Below, piece after piece: positions 17,754 through 26,050 of a stretch of 41,615 nucleotides of DNA. Each line of letters opens with the position of its first letter. The stretch's first letter is position 1. The notes under the pieces are model-generated. The model made no database searches. It was not told the origin of the DNA and saw only the letters and a program-made list of their open reading frames with translations. A program made the translations under genes and the position numbers. Location: the IMG/VR virus record IMGVR_UViG_3300027744_000042, positions 1 to 41,615 of that record; one strand, given 5' to 3'. The DNA is from a virus (lineage: Duplodnaviria; Caudoviricetes).

Positions 17754-17834
17754 GGTTGCATCAAGGGGGATAGGTTCAGCATTTACATTTAAAAATGCAA
17801 ACTTATCCCTTTTCTTGCAGCCCTTACGGCTGCA
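17754..17834 (+). ncRNA. Bistable U/M/D hairpin element, copy 4 (extended inner stem)
   Basis: GGTTGCA-TC-AAGGGGGATAGGTT...AACTTATCCCTTTT-CT-TGCAGCC-CTTAC-GGCTGCA. Confidence 0.65.
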
Positions 17835-17857
17835 CAATCCTTTACCAACCAAACATC

Positions 17858-18058
17858 ATGCGCGATCCCGGCTTTATTGACGAACAACGCAATGCTGATT
17901 TGCTTGATGCCATGGCAGATACTTTTGCAGACCAGCAAGAAGCCATGCGTGAATCTAATCCAGAAGAATGGATAGGATATACGCCTGAATTAAGTGATGC
18001 AGAAGTAAATGCCTGCAGTCACTACAACGAACGTTACACTTATCTACTCTCTGATTAA
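17858..18058 (+). CDS. Small acidic hypothetical protein
   Basis: ATG 17858 after the RNA element. Confidence 0.6.
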   Translation: MRDPGFIDEQRNADLLDAMADTFADQQEAMRESNPEEWIGYTPELSDAEVNACSHYNERYTYLLSD

Positions 18059-18060
18059 CC

Positions 18061-18510
18061 ATGAAAACTACTCAAACACAACAAAACAATGATGACGTTA
18101 TGTTCGTCATGATTGCTATTGTGTACACCCTTTCCATTCTCTTCTTTCAATTCACCCTGGAGATTTTAAAGTGGCTCTTCAATCCGAACAAATCCTTATT
18201 GCCTCTGCGCTCGGTTACACCCCAGTCGGAGAGCAAGAAGGCGGTGAGCAATTCCCAATCGATGCAGACTTCCAAGACGCCCCGAAAGGCAGCATCCCCA
18301 GCACGGGCAACGTCCGCCGTAGCAAGCAAGGGGTGCTCCGTTGCTTCTGGATCCCAGCAGGACGTAACTACAGCACTCAAGAATCCGAAGACCTCACCGG
18401 ATGGTATGATGTCCCGACCCTTGAGGACATCGAAGAATGGACTTTTGACTCAACCTGTCCGACGCCAGCGGGCGACGACGTTGAACACGACCATTCGGAC
18501 TCCTGGTTAA
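18061..18510 (+). CDS. N-terminal TM helix plus Ser/Thr/Lys-rich tail overprinting the next gene
   Basis: VMFVMIAIVYTLSILFFQFTL; starts 2 nt after the previous stop. Confidence 0.5.
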   Translation: MKTTQTQQNNDDVMFVMIAIVYTLSILFFQFTLEILKWLFNPNKSLLPLRSVTPQSESKKAVSNSQSMQTSKTPRKAASPARATSAVASKGCSVASGSQQDVTTALKNPKTSPDGMMSRPLRTSKNGLLTQPVRRQRATTLNTTIRTPG

Positions 18511-18530
18511 GGATTCTCGGTTTAGTTTAA
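18171..18530 (+). CDS. Conserved phage hypothetical protein (DSxCPTPxGDxVExDHxDSWL type)
   Basis: GGAG SD before the GTG; C-terminal motif recognised from phage proteins. Confidence 0.7.
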   Translation: MALQSEQILIASALGYTPVGEQEGGEQFPIDADFQDAPKGSIPSTGNVRRSKQGVLRCFWIPAGRNYSTQESEDLTGWYDVPTLEDIEEWTFDSTCPTPAGDDVEHDHSDSWLRILGLV

Positions 18531-18557
18531 AATAATCCTACAAGTTAAAAACTTTTT

Positions 18558-19082
18558 ATGGAATACGCAGGAATTGGGGCTCGCAATACGCCGCCTCAAA
18601 TATTAAACTTAATGACTCAATTAGCTTCTAAATTAGAAAGTATGGGTTACATTTTACGTTCTGGAGGAGCTGCTGGGGCCGATACCGCATTTGAGCTTGG
18701 TATCAGCAATCCTGCTAACCGTCAAATTTATCTTCCAGGACGTAGTTTTAATTCCAAAGTAGCTGGAGAAAGTGGATTTATTGACGCAACAACACTGCCT
18801 CATTGGCAGCAAGCAGTTGCAACAGTAAATCAATTTCATCCAGCTCCAAGTAAATTAGGAGAATATGCCCGCAACTTAATGGCAAGAAATGCTATGCAAG
18901 TGTTAGGTCAAACTATGAATCAACCGGCCAAAATGGTTGTTGCTTATACTTCTGACGGACAAATTACTGGCGGCACAGGACAAGCACTAAGAATGGCGCA
19001 AGCTTATAAGATACCAATTAGAAATTTAGGGGATCCTGCAACATTGCAAAGCGTTCAACGTTTTCTTCAATCTAACTCTTAA
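18558..19082 (+). CDS. SLOG-superfamily (DprA/Smf-like Rossmann) protein
   Basis: YAGIGARxTP, LRSGGAxGAD, ARNAMQV, GGTGQA motifs. Confidence 0.8.
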   Translation: MEYAGIGARNTPPQILNLMTQLASKLESMGYILRSGGAAGADTAFELGISNPANRQIYLPGRSFNSKVAGESGFIDATTLPHWQQAVATVNQFHPAPSKLGEYARNLMARNAMQVLGQTMNQPAKMVVAYTSDGQITGGTGQALRMAQAYKIPIRNLGDPATLQSVQRFLQSNS

Positions 19083-19090
19083 CAACATCC

Positions 19091-19103
19091 TTAGAGATAG
19101 TTC
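19091..19103 (+). promoter_or_regulatory. Early motif copy 5, TTAGAGATAGTTC
   Basis: Part of the 44-bp direct repeat. Confidence 0.5.
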
Positions 19104-19176
19104 TTTATTTACCGTCATTACAACCACATTAATGCCAAGTTTATTATGCAACCATAAGTAAACACATTTAAAACTG

Positions 19177-19518
19177 TTAACGAATTAACCCTTTGCGACG
19201 TGCGGCATCTAAAGTACCATCGCCCACCGCACCCGCATTGATGCCCAACCACGCTGCACCAACAAGCGGTAGTTTAGATCCGCCAGCTTCAATAGCGTGC
19301 ATTGCCCATTGATTAGTTATATCTTTGCCACCAAGTGCGCCAGCTCCTGGAAGATTTCCGGTTACAACTTCACTAAAAGTTTTAGCACGCCCCGCAATTT
19401 TGCCAAATAATCCAGCTTGATCACCATAACGTTGTGCTAAAGCTGATGTGTCAATAAAATTACCGCCAGTGGCAGTCTGTTGGGCTAGGTTACCAAAAGC
19501 GTCGCCTGCAAATCTCAT
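19177..19518 (-). CDS. Gly/Ala-rich late-style protein lying in the early arm
   Basis: Own TGTTAAAAT box (19540-19548) and AAGG SD; GAVGDGTL motif. Confidence 0.7.
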   Translation of the reverse strand: MRFAGDAFGNLAQQTATGGNFIDTSALAQRYGDQAGLFGKIAGRAKTFSEVVTGNLPGAGALGGKDITNQWAMHAIEAGGSKLPLVGAAWLGINAGAVGDGTLDAARRKGLIR

Positions 19519-19559
19519 GTTGTTGCCTTATTTCTTTTAATTTTAACAGAAATAAAGCA

Positions 19560-19572
19560 TTAAAGATAGTTC
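19560..19572 (+). promoter_or_regulatory. Early motif copy 6, TTAAAGATAGTTC
   Basis: About 29 nt before ATG 19601. Confidence 0.5.
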
Positions 19573-19600
19573 TTTACTTAACGTCATTACAACCACACCA

Positions 19601-19885
19601 ATGCCAATCATTTCCATTGAAAGCGTCACCAAAGAAGATCTTTCTTGCATCATCAAAGATGACCCGGACTTTGAAACACTAACCACTGTTACCGCAGTGC
19701 TAGAAGATGCCAGAGTTACACACCGGCAAACAATGGAAAGTCCTGAGGAATATGGCCCAGGACTTTGCAAAACATCTTTTTGGCTCAATGAAGGTGAAGT
19801 TCTTCCAACTGATGAGAAAGAACTAATTGAGTTCCTTTCTGAAATGCACCTCAGTTGGGAACCTATTACCGTTTCTGATTACTAA
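19601..19885 (+). CDS. Acidic hypothetical protein
   Basis: ORF track; PEEYGPGLC motif. Confidence 0.7.
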   Translation: MPIISIESVTKEDLSCIIKDDPDFETLTTVTAVLEDARVTHRQTMESPEEYGPGLCKTSFWLNEGEVLPTDEKELIEFLSEMHLSWEPITVSDY

Positions 19886-19908
19886 CCCACTTCTACACCA
19901 CAACCACC

Positions 19909-20124
19909 ATGCCTAATCTCTATATAGAGTTTGCAGACCAACCAGCCTGCATTCTCTACGTTGTCAAAGGCAGAATTGAGCACACGTTGCGCACTGCCAA
20001 AAACATTCACTCCAAGGAGATTGAACTTCTTGAGGATGAGGTTCTTCCTGCCATTGACAAGTATCTTGCAATGGTTGCTGAGCTTCCTGAAGAAGTAATT
20101 GATTACGAACTTGTAAAGAACTGA
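19909..20124 (+). CDS. Hypothetical protein
   Basis: Operon packing; CA-rich leader typical of this arm. Confidence 0.65.
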   Translation: MPNLYIEFADQPACILYVVKGRIEHTLRTAKNIHSKEIELLEDEVLPAIDKYLAMVAELPEEVIDYELVKN

Positions 20125-20128
20125 TCTC

Positions 20129-20353
20129 ATGACTATTGAACAAGACGCTTTTCGTTATCAATGGATCAAAGCTCAAACAAATATGAGATTGGGCACCACT
20201 CATGCCTGGTGGATTAACACTGAAACCGGTAGGAAATATTGGCCTACACATGATCTTGATGTAAATGGCTCCAGATTTTCTGGAGTAGAGAATTTAGATG
20301 ATCTTATTGATGAAGCTATGGAAATGTATCCAACTACAGATTCCACACTTTAA
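20129..20353 (+). CDS. Hypothetical protein (DAxRYxW...LDxxIDxAM type)
   Basis: Common phage N- and C-terminal motifs. Confidence 0.7.
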   Translation: MTIEQDAFRYQWIKAQTNMRLGTTHAWWINTETGRKYWPTHDLDVNGSRFSGVENLDDLIDEAMEMYPTTDSTL

Positions 20354-20377
20354 ATTCGCAAATTAATTACCGAACTC

Positions 20378-20662
20378 ATGACTCACTCTCTTGCTTTCCA
20401 CAGCACAACTAAGTTCAACCCCAGTGACACAATCAAACTGGAGTTAATCAGAAAAGAATTGCGCGAAATGCGCGATCGTGAAGACAGGCGACACCTTATG
20501 GATTCCACTCCAGGGTTAGACACTTGTCTTGATGAACTCATTGATTGCTTGACGGAGTTCCTTGATTGGGAACCAAGTGATGCAGACATGGATCCCACAC
20601 CAGTAACTGCAGATGAAATGCATTCTGCAGCCTGGAAAGAACATCAAGAGGCTCACTCATGA
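20378..20662 (+). CDS. Hypothetical protein
   Basis: ATGA overlap with the next gene. Confidence 0.7.
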   Translation: MTHSLAFHSTTKFNPSDTIKLELIRKELREMRDREDRRHLMDSTPGLDTCLDELIDCLTEFLDWEPSDADMDPTPVTADEMHSAAWKEHQEAHS

Positions 20663-20979
20663 CATTACCATCAGCTGAACACATTGAAGTAATTGATGAC
20701 CTCATTGAAAACTTCAACTTTGAAAAAGTTCATCTTGCAATGACTCATTGTGATTGGGGTTGGATTGTTCCTAATTCTCCAAAAGAGATGAAAGTTCCAA
20801 CTATTGCAAGACTTAAAGCGCATGCTCGTCATCTTCTTTACTCAACACTTGATTGTGTTGAAAACGGAACTGTCGCCAGTGGTGGATTAGAAGCGCGCTA
20901 TTGGCCACCAACAAAAGAAGATCCTTCTCCTCGATTTCGTTTAATGTTTGTGCTTACACAAATAGATTCTTTTGATTAA
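20659..20979 (+). CDS. Conserved phage hypothetical protein (FNFEKVHxxM...SGG type)
   Basis: Motif recognition. Confidence 0.7.
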   Translation: MTLPSAEHIEVIDDLIENFNFEKVHLAMTHCDWGWIVPNSPKEMKVPTIARLKAHARHLLYSTLDCVENGTVASGGLEARYWPPTKEDPSPRFRLMFVLTQIDSFD

Positions 20980-20981
20980 TT

Positions 20982-21278
20982 ATGACAACAACCAATGATT
21001 ACGTTAACTGGATTCAAGTTAACGGAGAACACAACATTATGACTCATTACGTTGCTCTCATTGCTGACGCCACCGGCCACTACGCCCACGTTCACGTTCC
21101 AGGAACAAACTGGAACAACGTAGTAAATCAACTGGAAGACATCGGCTGTGAAGTTGTCGAAAACCAAACAGACGATTATGAGCCAGAAGATTTTGGAAGC
21201 CCAGAAAGTTTAGCTGAATGCGGGCTTGTGACAATTGCACAATTGACTGGAGTTGATAGCAACTTCATTCCTTGCTAA
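20982..21278 (+). CDS. Acidic hypothetical protein
   Basis: Operon packing. Confidence 0.6.
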   Translation: MTTTNDYVNWIQVNGEHNIMTHYVALIADATGHYAHVHVPGTNWNNVVNQLEDIGCEVVENQTDDYEPEDFGSPESLAECGLVTIAQLTGVDSNFIPC

Positions 21279-21315
21279 GCTTCATCAACCTCAACACACC
21301 ACACAAACCAACACC

Positions 21316-23052
21316 ATGCATTTCCAACTACCAACTGAACTGCAAAACCAATTGCTGGCATATGACCCAGCACTAAAACGTCTTATCAAAGCGCAAAAAT
21401 CTGAACAACTTGAACAACCCAAAAAGAAATCAAATCCTTATCCAATTGGCAACATTAATGATTTGATTCCTACAGACATTGTTTCTGCTGTTGAACTACA
21501 ACATGCAGTCAACAATATTAACAGTGCTCAAGCACCTGATAAGTATTTTATTTTTTACAATCAAGTGACTGCGGAACTTGAGACCGAACCTGAGCTTAAA
21601 GCCGTTCTTTACTACACCAAAAGCACTTGGGTTGCTTTATGGTTACCGCCAACAGAAGATGCTTCTTATATCTTTGGCTGTGCTTATGCTATTGCAGAAA
21701 AGAATGTGCACCGTTTTTCAAGAATTTACAAAGCTTCACGAAATAATGAAAATATTCCTTCAATTGACATATCTAACATGACTATTAAACAGTATGGACG
21801 CACAAAATTTTACACACACAGTGAAATTGTAACCGTTAATACAGTTTCTACTTATTCAACAAATCTTATCAATCCACACAGCACAGTAAGCTATACAAAG
21901 CTTGGTCAAGGCATCAAAAATGAAGCAATTAACAAATTTCAAGACGCGCTTAGAACAACAGTTCCTATGTGGAAAGACGTGTCAAACATTTTTGCACGCG
22001 TAAGCAAAGATGAAAATAACTACTATGACAACCTAAACGCAAATTCTTCAATATATTTAGATTCCAGTTTAACTAAAATGTTGTTTAATGATTATCCTGT
22101 TTCTGCAACTAAACGTATAGAATGGGTTCCCACTACAGCAGATATTACAACAATTTTAAAGTACAGTTGTACGCTTGCTCATCAAATAATTGACAAACCT
22201 TTCTTTCAAGCGTTAATTAAATCAGCTTTAAATGATCTTATAAAAAATGCAAATGATTCAGAAAACACATGCCGCCGTACTATTGGCAAACCTATAGAAA
22301 AGTTAATTCAATATTGTTCAGGAATTGCTTGGATTATTTCTATCTGGGATAAAGATGTGCCTGTTGATTATTATCAAACTTATAGTGAAGTTTTAACTAA
22401 CATTGGCTTTACAGGATGGAGAATGAGCACTGAAGATATTACAAAACACTGGTTAAAAAATAACATGCCGGTTGCTTCTATGTTTAACTTGCTGCAAAAA
22501 TACTACGATAAAGAACTTACTAGAGTTGATAACTCTATAGCTCGATTTGATCGCAGTTTTTCTGAACTAAGTGACACACTTCAAATGATAAACATCATAT
22601 TAAAACGCAAAGTAGAACTAACGCCGCCTAACCGGTGGAGAATTGACGAATTTCATGATCACATACAAGCTGAAGCTTGGAAAATTACTAACCCATTAGT
22701 CGATTTACCGCAAGATCTTTTTCCTGAACCAATCAAAGTTCAGCATCAAGATACAAAATGGACCTTCTTTCAACCCAAAGATACCCATCAACTCTCTCAG
22801 TGGGGCCAAGCAGCTCGTAATTGTATAGGCGCCAGTGGCTACGCAGAAGAAGTTAAGAAACATAAATCATTCATTGTGCTGTGCATGTATGACAACAAAC
22901 CACACTTTACAATTCAACTAACCCTTGAACACGGTGTACTAAACGTCCGGCAAATCAAAGGTACAAGCAACAGAATACTAACAGCCGTAGAGGAAGTTAC
23001 TTATTCTGAGGCTTTTAAACAAGCTTTGGAAGTTCGGAGCACCATCAAATGA
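21316..23052 (+). CDS. Large protein with C-terminal PcfJ-like domain
   Basis: EFHD...PKDTHQLSQWGQAARNCIG..Y...FTIQL...QIKGxxN. Confidence 0.7.
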   Translation: MHFQLPTELQNQLLAYDPALKRLIKAQKSEQLEQPKKKSNPYPIGNINDLIPTDIVSAVELQHAVNNINSAQAPDKYFIFYNQVTAELETEPELKAVLYYTKSTWVALWLPPTEDASYIFGCAYAIAEKNVHRFSRIYKASRNNENIPSIDISNMTIKQYGRTKFYTHSEIVTVNTVSTYSTNLINPHSTVSYTKLGQGIKNEAINKFQDALRTTVPMWKDVSNIFARVSKDENNYYDNLNANSSIYLDSSLTKMLFNDYPVSATKRIEWVPTTADITTILKYSCTLAHQIIDKPFFQALIKSALNDLIKNANDSENTCRRTIGKPIEKLIQYCSGIAWIISIWDKDVPVDYYQTYSEVLTNIGFTGWRMSTEDITKHWLKNNMPVASMFNLLQKYYDKELTRVDNSIARFDRSFSELSDTLQMINIILKRKVELTPPNRWRIDEFHDHIQAEAWKITNPLVDLPQDLFPEPIKVQHQDTKWTFFQPKDTHQLSQWGQAARNCIGASGYAEEVKKHKSFIVLCMYDNKPHFTIQLTLEHGVLNVRQIKGTSNRILTAVEEVTYSEAFKQALEVRSTIK

Positions 23053-23771
23053 TCACAATGCACAGCGCTCTAACAGTCCCATCCAAGAACAGCAAAACTG
23101 GAGCTATTGCAGTCTCTACTACCTCGCGTAACAGTTGTCCAGATGGTTGTCCTTTACACGGTGACCAAGGCTGCTATGCCGAAGCGGGTTATTACACCCG
23201 CATGCATTGGGACAATGTAACAAAAGGTAAAGCAGGTAAACCTCCACTTGAGTTTATCCGCCAGGTGTTTGCTTTGCCTGCTAACCAGATGTTCCGCCAC
23301 AATGTTGCTGGTGACTTGTGGCCTGACCCAGAAAATGTTGACCTCATTTACTACCCTTACTTAGAAGAACTTGCAAAAGCTGCAAAACATCTGTATGCAG
23401 CTTGGACCTACACACACTATCCACTTGACGGCATTATTGGCGCAAGAAACAAACAATCAATCTTTGATGCTGAAGAAAACCACAAATTTGTAATCAATGT
23501 TTCAACCGAATCATTGGCTACAGCAGTACAAAGATATCAAGAGGGTTTACTTGTCACAGTGGTTCAACCTCCAGGGGGGCCTAGAACTTTCAAGCACAAC
23601 AACGTGCGCTTTGTTCAGTGCCCTGCAACGTTAGAAAACTCAACAGTTACATGCCAAACTTGTGGTGGTCACAAAAGTAAACCTCTTTGTGCAAACCCCA
23701 ATCGCCAGTGTATTGTGGTGTTTCCAGCCCACGGTGGCAAGAAAACTGTCGCTGCATCTCACTGCTCATGA
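23049..23771 (+). CDS. Cys-rich gp88-like (degenerate radical-SAM-like) phage protein
   Basis: NSKTG, SCPxxCPx6CYA, FRHNVAGD, WTYTH, INVSTE, CPA..TCxTC..LC, VFPAHG. Confidence 0.7.
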   Translation: MITMHSALTVPSKNSKTGAIAVSTTSRNSCPDGCPLHGDQGCYAEAGYYTRMHWDNVTKGKAGKPPLEFIRQVFALPANQMFRHNVAGDLWPDPENVDLIYYPYLEELAKAAKHLYAAWTYTHYPLDGIIGARNKQSIFDAEENHKFVINVSTESLATAVQRYQEGLLVTVVQPPGGPRTFKHNNVRFVQCPATLENSTVTCQTCGGHKSKPLCANPNRQCIVVFPAHGGKKTVAASHCS

Positions 23772-23775
23772 CATC

Positions 23776-24132
23776 ATGTTAAGTTTCTTAAAGCGTCTCT
23801 TCCATAAACAAAAACCACAAAACCAAAAACCCATGAACAACATCGACTGGACCGAAAACAACGAATGCAAAGACTTGGCAAAACAAAACAGCTACAGCAT
23901 GGAGCAACTAGAAGCCATGCAGCTTGTCGCCAGGATGAAAGAAGCAGCAGATAACTGCGGCGCTGGTTTTGTTGGCGGTTTTATTTCGCCTACAGGTGAA
24001 CGCTTCATGATGACTAACCAAGATCATGACAGTGCACAAGTAGGAACAATCAACAAAGAATTAGATAAAATTCAAAAACTTTTACAACTTGATCAAAAAA
24101 TTGCTAATTACTTGAAAGAACTGGATCAATGA
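23776..24132 (+). CDS. Hypothetical protein
   Basis: Start at 23776 or 23833. Confidence 0.6.
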   Translation: MLSFLKRLFHKQKPQNQKPMNNIDWTENNECKDLAKQNSYSMEQLEAMQLVARMKEAADNCGAGFVGGFISPTGERFMMTNQDHDSAQVGTINKELDKIQKLLQLDQKIANYLKELDQ

Positions 24133-24172
24133 GCCAATGAGGGGTATAATCAAAACGCTCAGCTTAAAAATT

Positions 24173-24415
24173 ATGCGCCCTCTTAACGAACCAACAGTAA
24201 GTGCAGCTTCATTTGAACTCCAAGCAATCCTTGATCACATCACTGAGTTGCTAGAGAACAGAGCGTTTACTTCTGAAATTGCAGGAGAAGACGAAGGCTT
24301 TCTTGAAACTGCAGAAGATTTCTTTGTTCGTCTTCAAGAACAATTTACTGAACGTGAATACATTGAAGAAGATCCTTTGCTTTGGCGTGAACAACAAGAT
24401 GCTGAAACTGATTAA
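24173..24415 (+). CDS. Acidic hypothetical protein
   Basis: TATAAT at 24145 precedes ATG 24173. Confidence 0.65.
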   Translation: MRPLNEPTVSAASFELQAILDHITELLENRAFTSEIAGEDEGFLETAEDFFVRLQEQFTEREYIEEDPLLWREQQDAETD

Positions 24416-24532
24416 TACATAAAAGCCTGTCAGCATCTACAATTTTCAGCATTTTCTTTAAAGTCAAGAAAATGAAAATCTGCGGCATCCGTAAAACGTG
24501 TAAGCCCGCAGCTTGTCCTACGCATTAACAAA

Positions 24533-24712
24533 ATGAACATCCCTCCTATCCTGCCTACATGGATGTCAGATCAGCTAATTAACATGCAGCTCCTACAAAA
24601 CTTCAAGATGGGACCTGGCGTCCAATCCATAGATACAGTTCCTTTTCAACTTGACAAAATTAGTCGTCAACTTGATCAACTAAACAATTCCAACAGGTTC
24701 AACAACTTTTAA
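24533..24712 (+). CDS. 59-aa hypothetical protein (not in the ORF track)
   Basis: MNIPPILPTWMSDQLINMQLLQNFKMGPG...; translated by hand. Confidence 0.45.
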   Translation: MNIPPILPTWMSDQLINMQLLQNFKMGPGVQSIDTVPFQLDKISRQLDQLNNSNRFNNF

Positions 24713-25185
24713 GCCCTGATCACCTCCAGGTAAAGCGCACCGTCTAACAGCCCCAACAGATCTAAAGATCACTTCAAGCTGTTAATTGACTGTGCTTTGC
24801 CTGGTTTTTTGTACCTACAAACAAGTGTCAAACGTCAAGCGTTCCAGTCAATTCTGGAAGATTTTCTTCAAAGTCAAAAAAGTTGTCACTCTTATTTATG
24901 AGGTGAGTTCTTATGCCCTGTTGATCTTGTCACTTGAAAATGCGTTTAAAGCACGTACATTTTCAGTGCTTAGACCAACTCAAATTGCTAAGCTAGTTGA
25001 ACGCACTCCTAAATTTCTTCGTAAATTAGAACTTGCGTTTAACTTTGCTTAATACTTGAACCTGTAAGAAAACTTAACCTAGTGGGGCCTAACCGCCCTG
25101 CTAGGATTCCAAAGCAAAACCAAGTCATTGCAATGGATTTTTACGATACAGTGCCTTGTACCTGGACAGATTTATGCCTTGCATA

Positions 25186-25380
25186 ATGAAGTACGACAAG
25201 AAAAAAATCGTGGAAATCGTTGCAAAAATCAAAAACCCCCAGATGTCCTGGGCAATCCTCAGCAAAGCTGTAAACGGTCGCAGCGAAGTAATTAAAGTGA
25301 CAACTCATGAAGAAGCTGACCAAGCTGTTCGTGATAACCCCGAAGCTTTTTACAAGTCCGGCCCTTTTATGCTTGTCTGA
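25186..25380 (+). CDS. Hypothetical protein
   Basis: ATG 25186. Confidence 0.6.
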   Translation: MKYDKKKIVEIVAKIKNPQMSWAILSKAVNGRSEVIKVTTHEEADQAVRDNPEAFYKSGPFMLV

Positions 25381-25450
25381 AGCAATGTAAAGTTTTGTTA
25401 CTTTACTTGCGAAGTGCTGTGCTACGCTACTCCAGGTCAACACTCCTTAC

Positions 25451-25651
25451 ATGAAGCTTCCTATTACTGCCTGGATCGTCATGCTCCATCACCAAGAAGC
25501 AGGCACGTTCGCTCCAGCCTTCCAAACCATGGATGATGCAGAGGAGTTCTCCAACGCTATGCGAGCCATCACAAGTGGCATTGCAGTCGCAGAACCCATT
25601 CCTCTAGTCCAAACAACTTCAACAATTGAACCCACTTTTGTTGAGCACTGA
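25451..25651 (+). CDS. Hypothetical protein
   Basis: ORF track. Confidence 0.65.
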   Translation: MKLPITAWIVMLHHQEAGTFAPAFQTMDDAEEFSNAMRAITSGIAVAEPIPLVQTTSTIEPTFVEH

Positions 25652-25675
25652 CAACCATAAACAAACTAAAAAGGT

Positions 25676-25705
25676 CGTGCTATCTTATGGGTAGCACGTT
25701 TTTTT
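25676..25705 (+). terminator. Intrinsic terminator-like hairpin
   Basis: CGTGCTATC-TTATG-GGTAGCACG-T7. Confidence 0.6.
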
Positions 25706-25709
25706 ATGC

Positions 25710-25961
25710 ATGGCTATTGTTGTTAGTTGCAGTGTTCCTGACTCGCTTCACACCAGGTGGAAAGAATCTGGACTAGACATCAGTCCTTCTACCCTATTCC
25801 AAACTGCTCTGGAATCAGAGCTAAACAAAACCAACAGACACCTAGTTTACTGGAGCGAACGTGCCTTAAATGCTGAAAAAAAATTGAAAACCATTGAAAA
25901 CCTAATCAAAGCTTCAGACAAAGATATTAAAAAGTTTCTCATTATTGACAGCATGTCTTAA
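25710..25961 (+). CDS. Ribbon-helix-helix (CcdA/VapB-like) DNA-binding protein with coiled coil
   Basis: VSCSVPDSLH..WKESGLDISPSTLFQTALESEL. Confidence 0.55.
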   Translation: MAIVVSCSVPDSLHTRWKESGLDISPSTLFQTALESELNKTNRHLVYWSERALNAEKKLKTIENLIKASDKDIKKFLIIDSMS

Positions 25962-25978
25962 TTATCTTGAGTGCAGCT

Positions 25979-26050
25979 ATGATTTCTGCATTTATTCTTG
26001 GTTATTTAATTGGCTGGTTAGTAATTTATTTACAAACAACTAAAAAGTAA
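25979..26050 (+). CDS. 23-aa hydrophobic peptide
   Basis: MISAFILGYLIGWLVIYLQTTKK; translated by hand. Confidence 0.35.
   Translation: MISAFILGYLIGWLVIYLQTTKK

Larger units (their letters stand above)
19095..19607 (+). repeat. 44-bp direct repeat (19095-19138 and 19564-19607, 40/44 identical) flanking an inverted gene
   Basis: AGATAGTTCTTTAyTTAmCGTCATTACAACCACAyyAATGCCAA. Confidence 0.85.

Noticed and set aside
13802-19607. CRISPR-like or integron-like array reading of the early repeats
   Set aside because: Repeats are of several types, irregularly spaced and separated by whole genes; no cas, integrase or reverse transcriptase in the window
24786-25052. 88-aa + strand ORF
   Set aside because: TTG start, no SD, atypical composition; neither strand gives a convincing gene, so left uncalled
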